A stretch of 64,000 bases of DNA from Babesia bigemina (taxonomy: Eukaryota): contig NC_027217.1 in NCBI RefSeq assembly GCF_000981445.1, positions 2,170,001 through 2,234,000 of the forward strand. Direction: 5' to 3'. Positions 10,501 through 22,500 of this stretch are shown one piece after another (position 1 is the stretch's first letter; each line of letters begins with the position of its first letter). The position numbers and the translations under genes were made by a program. The notes beneath the pieces are model-generated. The model did not search any database. It was given only the letters and a program-made list of their open reading frames with translations, and was not told the origin of the DNA.

Positions 10501-13500
10501 ATGAAGATCGGGAAGCCCCGGGGAGACAACCACAAACTGGTCTTGGCTGGCCTCCAGGCCAGCCAGCGGAACTTCATCGAGCTGCTAGCGGCATGCAGTT
10601 CGGAGGACTTGTGCCTGCATTTGGAGTCGTTCACCCAGTGGGTTTGGGAGAAGAGCGACATCCTGTGCTGGGCGCCGGTTCTGAACCGCTTCGACGACAT
10701 TTTCAGCTCCTACCTAGAGTCATATAGGGGGTATGTCAAGGGGGAGCACGAGTCTGTTACTACCTTCTACAACAAAGAGTCGCTACGGCTTGTCTGCAAT
10801 GCGCTAAAGGCTTCTGTGATGATTGTTGAGAACTGCACTTCGAAGAGCATCTACAATTCCCTGGAGTTGCTGGTCTCGTTTCTGGACGACGTGCACCCAG
10901 AGGTTGTCTTCCAGGCTACTAAGCTGCTGTGCGTATACTTTAGCCGGCAGCGCAAACAGACGACCCCAAAGGATGTCCCGGAGGTCTCGGTTCGCATTTC
11001 AATCCTATCGCAAACCCCGCTGGCGGACTCCACCTGCCACATCTATATGACCAAGCCGCCCCCCGCCGCCCCATCATCGGAGCATGACGTCTATGACTCC
11101 GATGGTTCCGAGAGCTCCGAAAATTTGTCATATTCGGACGTTCTAGAATTCTACGTCAGGAAGAACGAGTATTTTTTATCAGTGGATTCGTATATCGAAA
11201 TCGGCCAAGAGGTCGTTCGCGGCTCTGACTCTTCCAAGTTGCGCATTCCGGTGCCTGATGTGCTGAACCTGCAGAGCGATGTGGGTGCGGGTAAGGCCGC
11301 GGAGTATCCGAAAACTACGGAGGGCAACAAAAGGTTTGCCGCGGCGGTGTCGGCATGGAAGAGCAGCCTCTCAACACCACTGGATATTTACAAGCACGTG
11401 GTGAAGTCAATGCGGCACCTCATTCGAAAGTACAAGGTGGAGGACTGCTACTTTGCGGAGCTGAAGCACAAGGTCTGCAAGGTTTTCTCCCTTTACTTCC
11501 CCTTCTGGCAGCGCAAGGCGGTGGAGATCCGCATATGCGCTCTGATCTGCATGCTGATCGTGAAGAACAGTTCGTACGCGCAGTTTTTGAATTACAACCC
11601 GTCGTTCCTTCTGGAGCTGACCCACATGATCAAGCGCCACAGGGAGTTGGACCGTTCCACGATGGTGATCGTTACGGAGCTGCTGTCCGCAATGGTTCAC
11701 GACGGCATCCACGGCAAGACCCTGGCAAACTTGCTGGGGTTGAACACGGCACACGGCATTTTTTCCAAGGTGCTGCGGTACTACCTCTGCCACATACACG
11801 ACAAGGCGCCTCTTCCCCCGCTGCTGTGTTTCAAACCGCCCGTTGAAACGAAGCAGTTCCCAACGACCAACCAGTTGTGGGCCCACCACCACCCTACCGG
11901 CGTCCACGTGATGACTGAGGAGTGCGTCACCAACCTGCAGCTGCGGGGGTCCGTCGTACTCGGCGAGCTATACTTAAGTGAGTGGGACTATAGCCTTCGC
12001 CTGGACACGGAGGAGGACCGCGCGAATGTCCAGGACAAAGAGGACTCGATGCGTATATTGCTGCAGTTGCTGGTGGTGTTTTACACCTTCATTTCGTCTC
12101 ACGGTTGCAGCAATGCGCTGACCAACACGTCGGTCCTCGAGGGGGTGGCCCACTTCGTTAGGAACCCCGACCCTATATATCTGCCCGTGGTTATATACGT
12201 GGTCCAGGTACTCGAGGCGCTGCTGGACTACAACCAGCACGTGTCCCGTACGCTCAGGAACGACCTCAAGGTCTTCCACATCTTCGTGTCTCGTATGCAG
12301 TTTGACATGTACCAGATCAAGCATTTCGCCCCCTTTGAAAACCCGGTGGCGGAGGCCACGCCCTGGCCGAAGGGGTGGAAGATGCCCCAATGCAAAGACG
12401 TGGTGACCCTTCGAAGCTACTGGATGTCCATGTGCGACATGAGCGCCCGGCGTTTCTTGCTTAAGACCCTGATTCACAACGTTGACGCGGCGTCCCGTTC
12501 CGTGGTCGGCAGGAACGACACAATCGACCATGATCTGTTTGCCGCTACTGGCGCCATAATTCCGATGCTGCACATGGTGTTCGCTCGTCCGCAGACGTAC
12601 GGCCTGAGCGTCTACAGCTCCGCCATCAACCTTATATCGGATGCACTGAGCGAAGACCCCCTGTTGCAAGAGGAGTTGCACACCATGGACATCATCCCGG
12701 CAATGATGAGGTCGATATGCTCAGACAACCTCAAGTCGGAGGATTGCCTGAATGTGGTGCCGAATGTTATCTGCGATGTTTTGCTGCACCGCAGCGGCCG
12801 GGAATACATGAAAAAGGTCAATTACACCCCGATTTTGAAGTTGGTTGACATCATCACTCAAAAGGATTTCGTGTTATTCGACCGCTTCGGCGAGGTGGCT
12901 TCCACCATCGGGATGTCTCTGGATAGCATTGTGAAGAACAACGAGTCCTCTAACGCGGTGATACTCGACCGTATCATCAAGGTCATGTACGAGTTGTTGC
13001 AAGAGGCGCTGACCTTCCCACCCTTCAACCCGCAGGATTCTGTGCAGTGCGCCAAGGACTTCGAGGCCTACATGCACGAATTCCGCACCCACTCGGTCGA
13101 AATAACAGCTGAAATATTGTCTTCCTTGGACAATATAGAAAGGCACGACTTTTTCGCCGACAGGATAGCTCACTTGGGGAAATGCCTGTCCACATACCTC
13201 CGCTCTGGTCAGACGCTGTCCCACTTCGTGTCGTGCGATGGTTTGAAATTGCTCTACCAGCTGTGCACGGTGCCATGCCTGCCGCCTCTGTCGGCGCTGA
13301 TTTATTCGCAACACCCGCTAGCGCTGCTGTTGAAGTCGATTCTGACCCACGCGCCCGTGCCATGCATCTCCTATCTGCATGGTCTCTGCAGACCGTATGT
13401 GAAGCAGCCCGTTCGTTGCTGCATGCCCCGGACGGACGAGGAGGTTACGCGGAATCTGGAGTATTTGAGGATGTTCCACGCAATCAGCTACACCATGTAT

Positions 13501-16500
13501 CTGATTTACCGCAACGGCCACAACATGTATGAGGCCTGTTGCAGCGGGCGGTTTCAGATGGGCGCCACCACGATATCGCGTTGCGACATGCACATGACCC
13601 TGAGCGCGTATCTCAAGAACGTCATAACCGCACTGCCGTACCTGACGAAGCAGTTCTTCCTCACCACCAACGAGGGCGACCTTGAGACGTTCTTCATCTT
13701 GAGTGGGAAGCACACGCCTCACGAGCATCCCCAGCTGAAGGCCTACAAGATTTTGAACCGTGATTCGAAGAATGCACAGACCTCCGAGAGCTCCTTCTCA
13801 GCGAACGACCTGTTTTGGTCGAGCCAGTTTGCATACTCTTACAGCAGCCACAACCCGGCATACAATAACAGCCCCAGCCCCAACCTGTCCGATGACAAGT
13901 TCAAGATGAACATCGAGGTCTGCCGATTATGCCTGGTTACGTGTAAGGCGTTTGTGTACGCGATCAATCCGATAATCGACAAGGCGTTGAAATCGTCGAA
14001 TCTCAAGAACACGTGTTTGCGGAACTTCATAGCCAACCACACGGTGTCGTTGACGCTGCTGTGCATCAACATGCTGAATTCCGCCCCTTCGCTGGTCAAC
14101 ATTGCGTCCGGCTCGGGCCTGCTAATAGAGGGCATGGATTGTGTGAACACCGCGCGTTTTGTGGCGGAGACTATGGAGGTGACCTACAAGCTGTTCGTCG
14201 ACGACCGCAACGTGGGTACCATTTACATGCTTCCTTTCGCGATATTTTGCGAAATGAACGGTATGATGTACCTGAAGGACGCCTTCGAATACATGATCAC
14301 CATGTACCTGGGCTGCGCGTTGGCCTTTGCCCTACGCGTGCATGCTGGGTTGACCCCTGCCGACGTGTTGGGCGCCAATTTCAGGGGCAATGAGAAGCAG
14401 TTGATGACGGTTGTTGACCTAGTGAAAACCTTCGACCTGAAAAAGCTAAAGCACGCCATGGGGCTATTTGGACGGTCACTTCAGATATGTCTGGGTTTCT
14501 TCGCCAAGATATGCTACGCCAGGCCGGAAAGCACCACGAGCAACATCACTGCGCTTAAGAATTTCTTGGCCACACCGGCGTTTGAGAAGGTTTTTCGCCG
14601 CGATGTTCGGCCGTTGTCCGAGTTGATGACAGCAGCTGCGACTATGGCAGGGTCGGTGTGCTGGGAATGGCTGCAGGTAATTGCTTCCGTGAGTTCGACC
14701 GCGCCCAGCAACGGCACGGCAAGCTTGTACTTCTACATTTCGACCAAGTTGTTAACTTCGCTTTTGAAGGTCCAGGTTAATATGTGGGACTACCTCTCGC
14801 CGCCGCGTCAGAAGGATCTAAGGACGAAACTCGATCGAAGCAAGGCGCCCAGAGACGGTGAAGATCAAGAGTCGGACTCGGCTGGTGGTGCGGTGCCCTT
14901 AACCCCGCGTTGCGCAGGCCGCCATCACTGTTGCGTTCAAGACGTGGCAATCGATGGCGAAACAGATGCCGCTCCTACGAGCGCGTTCACGTCGGAGGCG
15001 TCTCGCTCAATTCTGCTTGAAATGGGCTTCAGCGAGTCCGAAATTGTGCGCGCAGTAACCGAGACTGGCCGCAACGACGTCACCTCCCTAGCCGACTGGC
15101 TGGTAAACCACCCCTATAGCCAGTCTCCTCGCTCCCGTGATTCGGATAGGAACGCTATAACGATTGACACCAGCGACGATATACCCACGGGCACTGAAAA
15201 TCTAACTGGCCATAAGTTGGCTGTTAGAAACATGCCGATGTTCTATTTTGAGTGCGAAGATACGTCTGACGATGATTTGTGGACTTTTGTGCATTTTGAG
15301 AGGCACAGCACGTTCACTTCCCCGGACCCCAACCAGGTCAAGAACGATTTCGCCACCAAGTTCATAGACACGCTTCTGTATCTGAGTACCAAGATGTCGT
15401 CTTCGCTGTGCACGATCTTCGAATACATGGTTCGAGCGCTAGCGACCCCGATGCCTCTCATGATTAATGGCAAGTACGCTTCTTCCACGGGCGGCTTCAA
15501 CCAGGAAAGCATCTCGGTACTGCTGCAGCACATCTGCAATTGCCTGGACACTCTCTTCAACCGCCTGTCTGCGGCAAACTTCCCCTTGGACAAGGATGGA
15601 ATTGCGTCCGTCTTCTGCCCCGTGTTCTTCTACGACGAATTGGCAAAAGGTGCCGCCATAGACGCGACGGTGTTGGCCGGCAAACCAGCCGTGGATGCTG
15701 CGTACAACAGCGACATTGTGCAGCTGCACGAACAGTTGCTGGGTATGTTCTACATTTTGGCACAGCTGATCGGAAAGCGAGTTAGTATCGGTTCTGAATT
15801 TTTGAATGACGTCAACAACCCTATGGACGTCATTCTGAACATGGTGGAATACTTCCAGAAGTTGCGCTACGATGCGCACAGCTCCGGCTTGTTGACCTTC
15901 GCCGGCATTGGCATGAAACCGTCCTTGTCGGGTATTCCCCTGTCACTTCCGGAGTGGTGCCTGCACAACGAGGTGCCCCGGGGTCAGGGTAACGAGTCGA
16001 AGTCGACCGGGAGGTACAAGATAGACTACGTTATCATTAAGAACGGGTTCCTGCGAAACAGCCCGGACCCGCAGATGAGCTCACCGCCTCCGTTCTTCAA
16101 ATACGCCCTCGCGTGCATCAGCGAGATGCTGAGAAGGCACCCGCTGATTGGGTTCTACAACCTCATGTCGTCGTCAATAGACCTGAGCAAGAACGTGGAG
16201 CTGCTCTCCGCAACCAAAAGCACGCCGTTCATGTCCAAAAGTTCGCAGAAGAAACTGGTTCGCACGTGTCTGAACATATTGGAGTGTTTCCCGGGATTAG
16301 ATGGGGATGTGACGTTCTCCGTGTTATCCATACTCGAGGCGCTGACTGAGATATATTCCAATGTGCGCGAGCTGCTGCATTACAAGCGTCTGCCGCCGCA
16401 GGAGAACTACCCCGCTCATTTCAACCGCAAGCTCGACTTTGAAGATGTGATTGGGGCGGATGCGGCATCGATTCTGCTCATGATCCCCAAGTCCGCCCGG

Positions 16501-19500
16501 TGCAAGGGTATGCTGAAGTTGATTGCCAAGATCCTTCTGCACTGCATGGAGAACTCGTCGATGCTGCGCAGCGCCATTGAGAAACGCGTGTTGCAGCTCC
16601 TGAGCGCAAATGGGTGCGAGCCTGTTGCGCTTTCCACCCTTGTTGAGGAGGTGGCCCCCTTCGCCAAGAAGGACCCCGCCATGTTGCTGGAGATTTTGCA
16701 GAAGCAGTGTGTCATGACTCTGGAAGAGGGCGCCACCGATGTTGACTTGAGCAACGCCCGCGTTACGTTGCAACATGCGTCGCGTATATCGGAGTTGCTT
16801 GAATCCAACAGGGACCTGATGACCCCAGGTAACATCCCGGTTTTGGAAAGCTCAAACAAGGACCACACCGCTGTGGCGGATTATGACGTGCTGTTGCGCA
16901 ACATTTTGCGCATTTTAGTGGTGCACATGCAGATATTCTGCAACATCCAAGGGTTGACACGGCCCTCGAGTACGTCCGGTGACAGCTCCAAGCCGGCTTA
17001 TCCCTTGGCACTCACCATTCACGGCCTGTTCTACCTGTTGAACTCCTTCTGCCACAACTTCCCCATCGCGGCAAACAGTACCCGGTTGCCCAAGGCGGAG
17101 TATGACCTGCCTTACAAGCCATTCCCCTGGAAGGTGAACATGATCGACGTCAAGGATAGCCACTTGGTGTTGATCCAGATGTTCCGCCGCGTCCTGCCCA
17201 TGATATGTGCGTTGTCGGCGCCGTCACCAAAGGGCCACTCCACGAAGGAGAGCAACCAGGATATCGCCAGCGCGAACAAGCTCGTGATGACCACTATGAG
17301 CGGCTTCCTGAACTCCATCGTTTTCATTTGTTCGACCAGCATGAAGATGTGCGTATCGGTGGTGGAGGAGATCAAGATGGTGCTGCAATTCCTGGTGGGT
17401 CTCAGCGCCCGTGATTACAGCACGAACCCTTTCGCGGTGGCACTCTACACGGTGTGCGACGTGCTCCATAACGTGCTCCAACTGCGTTTCGGCGACGGCG
17501 CCCGTGCCGACCTTTCCGCCGATTCCGTGTTCCAAATCAACAAGTCGTTGGTGAGCATACTGAACAAGCTGGATTTGAACACTGAGGACAGCAGCACGCT
17601 CTGCGGGGGCATCATCAGGGCCCTGGTGCTGCTGACGGCGCCGGAGAAGAACGCCGCACTGGCGGTCGGCAGTCCGGATAAAGAGGACGACGAGTATAGT
17701 TACCAGGACGAGGATGACATGGAAGTCATCGAGGTATCGTCGTCATCCAGCGAGCTCGATGACATGCAACTCGAATCCCAGGAGGACATGTCCGAGACCG
17801 ACAGTGAGGAGCTTGAGGAATACATGGAGGACGCCATGGATGAGGACGTTGCAACTGACAGCAGTGGAACCGATAGCGACGGGTCGGACGGCGATTCCGA
17901 CGATGAGTCCCAGTACGACTCGGAAAGCGACAACAGCGACGATTCCAGTGACAGTGGCGATCTGGACACCGAAGACGGTTCCGTTAATAACGACGATGTG
18001 GATATGGCGTTGCCGCACCAGGTTGACGAGAATTATACCGAGATTCCCAGTTCGGACAGCGAGAGCCACTCGAGCATGGACGAGGTGGACGAAGACGAGG
18101 ACGATGATGACGCACCTCGGATCCGCGTCGTGGGCGAGCTTGACGAGAGCCACGAGGAAACGATCACTGGCGTCATGGATGACACGCGCCCACATCTCAA
18201 CATTGCCGAGGATGACAACAACGAGCTCACCAGCGGGTACTCGTCTTCGAGTGACGAAGGCGGGAACGACAACGGCGCCCCTATGCTGCCCGAACCGTCC
18301 ACAACGGCTAGCGCGGGTAACAACGTCTCCATCAACATTACGGACCCCTCGGCCACTTTGCCAGTAGCTGGTAACAGCAGCATCCGGATCCAGATCGAGT
18401 TTGGCGGTCAGGGAGATGTGCATTACGTGGATCCGACCCGGGCGCAGCCGCATACCACGCAGCACCGCGTCGCTCGTGTGACGCGTGCTGCGCCGGAGGC
18501 TACGTCTAACGATGCCGGAAGCACGGACAGGAGTGACACCTGGGCGTTCTCCGGCGACTTGGCGGTTCCGGCCCGACACCCGATGTTGACGTCCACGAGG
18601 AAGTCATCGGCGGGCGCCACTGACCCCGATAGCGCGTTGATTAATTTGATTGCCATGGGGTTGCCGCGGATCCAGTTGCCCAAATCACCTTCCGTTGACT
18701 CAGCCGAAGCGAGTATCGAACAACAGCCGGAGGCGATGGAGGTTGATGAAGCCCCATCTGAGGATATCACAGGAAGCGTTTCTGTCTGTTCAGGCCACAA
18801 CGATGTTGCCGAGGAAGATCCGTTGCCTTCATCGGATTCAACGGACTTGCGCCTAGTGTACGTCAACCACGGTTTGGAGCGTATTGCGGCCGCCTTGCGC
18901 ATCAGGTACGGCGACCTCTTCGTGCTGGCCAACATGGACCCCTCGGTGCTCGCCGAGCTACCCGAGGAGATGCGTGATGAGATCATCCAGCAGCAATTGC
19001 ACACCATCGATGCCGACGCGCTTGAGGCGCTCCGCCAAAGCCACCCTCTGCCTGATATACCGCAATCGGTCCCCCCGGCGAGAAACGAGGACATGCCTTA
19101 CATAGAGGCGCTTCCGCGGGTGTTGCGTCTGCAGGTCATGCGGTCAATGTATGGCGCGACTACGTCACGGTCCGATCCCAGCCACTCGTCACGATTGCAG
19201 ACCATGGACAGCAGCATATTGTCCGCCCTGGTGCCTGCTTTGCGCAGCCAGCTTTTTACGGGTTCGTCGCATGAGTTCTTCGAGAGCCTGGCTCCAGAAC
19301 TGGTGGGAACGCGCTTTGGTCATCACCACGTTCATATGGCTGGCCACGATGCGGATGGAGAGGCAGTGAATGGGTCCGCGGGCGTTCGGGCTCTGCTGTC
19401 AGGTGGCACCGAGTCATCGGAGCATGTGCGGGGCGGCGCGAATTCGCAGCAACTGCCGGGGTTGACTTTTGGTCTCATCATCGGCGAGTTCCGTGACGGG

Positions 19501-22500
19501 AACAACCCCCGTGTCCGCAACACTGCTGGCCAGCGTGGTCGCAACACAGTGGGATCGCGCAGGATGGGCCCGACACCCTTCAGGCGGCGTATGGATACCA
19601 ACACGCGTGGCATGAACCTCAACAACATCGTTATGCACGGGGATCGCGTGCCGCGTGTTACCCGGTCAGTTGTGAATGCGATGGATGCGTTGGGAGCCGC
19701 TGCGCATGGCGCAACTGACCGTGCAGCTGCCGCAGCGTCCGCACTCGAGCCCATCATCATCAACGACAGGGGCAGGAACGGCATAGACACCAGGATCTTG
19801 CAGACGATCCCCCAGCTCTTCAACACGCTCAACCCGCAGGTATTGAACATGCTGCACACGGCGGAGCGGTTCATAATCTCCACCGCACCCACTGCCTCCC
19901 AACCGCCCTCATCGACGCCCGAGGCTCCCGCTCGCACCGACTCCCATGCGATCAATACGTGTGAACGCGTGATTGAGAACGCGGTGCGCTACATCCCGCA
20001 CTCATCCTGCGAGCAACGCGAAGAACCGTCTGGGGATGTGATTTGCCAAGTGCTCGACACATGTCGCGGCCCCAGGAACTATTTCGCCGAGGCGGACATC
20101 GTGGCCATTTGCAAGATCATCTACCTGAAAGACGAATTAAACAAGAAGATCTACTTCAAGCTCTTGCACAACTTGCTGCTGATGGACGAGCAAACCTGCC
20201 ATACCGTGCTGAGGTGCTTCCTGTCCATCATGCACGCATCGATTTTGGCGTTGACCAACAACTACGTCTCGACCATAAAGACCGACAAGTTCTTCAGCAC
20301 GCTGCCGCGCTTGTGCAATTCGAAAAAGGATGACTTCCCTCCTGCCCATTTGTATGGCAGGTTGCCATACAGGCACGTCTCGCTTGACGGCCGTTTGGAT
20401 GCAGACGCCAGGCAGCACAACTCCTTTTTCATGGGCACGGTATCTGAAGCCGTGAATATGGGATGTGTGGATATGGGCATCGGATGTTCCAGTTACGTTT
20501 CCTGTGAGCGTGTGCTGGAGCAGCTGCGCAGCCTGCTGATTGCCTTGCCTGGCGCCATGCAGTTCTTCGGAATGCCAATCGCGCCGTCGGCTTCTGACGA
20601 GGGCTCGTCGCGTTCGGATTCCCGCAGCAAGCGCTCCAAGGTGTCGGGACCCAAGTCCGAGAAGCGGTCGCCGCATCGCCACCTGTATCCCATTGGGTTC
20701 CTCTTCATGGCAACGGCAACCAAAATGTTCCAGTCGTCGCCGAAGTTGATGAACCACCTCATGATGGTGATCCAGCACCTGGTGGTGAGCCCCGAGACTC
20801 TAAACGTCCACGGCGCCTTGGTGGCCCCCGTTTCACTCGATGACTCGTCCAACGCCAGCCATGTCGCTGGCGCCACGCCTCCCGAGAATCACGACTCGGT
20901 CGAAATGGCGTCGGGTGACGAAGATGGGAGTGCCGGCCGCGGAGACGACACGATGAATACTTCGGTAGACTCGTCGCAGGCCTCGAACTCGCACAGAAGC
21001 CAGGATGACAGCATTTTGCGCGTCAAGCAGGATATCCTGAACAAACTGGACAAGGACGCCGTCAACTTATTTTTGGACATCCACACGTCGTGGTGTCACC
21101 GCAGCAACTGGTTGCTGTCTTGCAACACCATGCGCGACGGTTCCTCCAGTGCCCATCTGCAGCTTGTGGCCCGGATCATGTCGGCGCTGCTGTTGAGCGA
21201 GAAACATGCGTCTAACGTGCGGGAATTCTTTATCAGCAGGTTGAACGAGCTAATCGGCGTGTTGTGTAAGTCGTCGCTGGACATGCAGGCGCAAAGGGGC
21301 GAGATCATTGAGGCCGACAATGAAAACGTCATTCTTTTCGAGGGCGTCAGCATATCCGCGCTGGAGCACCGCATCGCCGCCATGGTGCGCATCGTGACCT
21401 TCGTCAACGAGATGTTCACGGAGGTGCACAAGGCTGAAACTGCTGATTCATCGGTTAAGTCCAACCGGCCAGCGATGTTGAACGAGTTTTACAGCAACGT
21501 GAACCTCGACCGACTCTGGCGCGCTCTTGATTACACGTTGACCGACCTCGTCAGGTTGGCGACGCAGCAGAGCAATTCCGACACCAAGGACCCGCGCTCA
21601 TCGCAGTCGCTGAACGGCCGTGACGTCCTGCTGGACAACCCCAATATCGTCGAGTGCCTGATGATGCTGGTGCCGCTCATCGATGCCTTCATGAACGTCA
21701 CCCAAATTCGCGTGGCCCTGGACTACATGCTGGATGACGTTTCCGAGCTCGATAACGCGATGTCGTTCGTCAACTTCGACTACGAACTTCCGGATGGCAA
21801 CCTGGACTTCATCGCGGTGTGCCATCAGGAGCGTGTGCCTCCCAAGAAGGAGCCATGGGACTGCGACGAGAGCAGCGTAGAGATCTCGCCGAACCACCTG
21901 AGTCTGATTTACTTCACGGAGAGGCAGACGCGTGTGCTCAACTGCTTAATCAAGCAAACGCCGTCGCTGCTGTCTACCAGCTTCGCCCCCATTGTCCGCC
22001 TGGCCCCCAACTGCCTGAACTTCGATATCAAGCGCCATTACTTCAGGCAGAAGTTGAAGGAAGCCCGGCAGGGGTTGCGCCTGGATACCGTGCGGATCAA
22101 CGTCCGACGTGAGCACGTCTTTTTGGATTCCTACCACCAGCTGCGACTGCGCACCGGTGACGAGATGAAGGGCAAGCTTGCCGTCACGTTCGGCGGCGAG
22201 GAGGGTGTCGACGCGGGCGGTTTGACACGCGAGTGGTTCAACATCCTGGCCAAGGAGATGTTCAACCCCAACTACGGGCTCTTCTGCCGCGAGGGCCGCA
22301 AGCAGGAGTTTAACCACCCCAACCCCCTGAGTGGCATCAACCCTGACCACCTGAACTTCTTCAAGTTCATCGGGCGCGTCATCGGCAAGGCCGTATACGA
22401 CGGCCAGCACATTGACGCCTACTTCTGCCGCTCGTTCTACAAGCACATGCTCTGCCGCAAGATCACGCCCGCCGATGCGGAGTCGGTGGACCCGGAATTT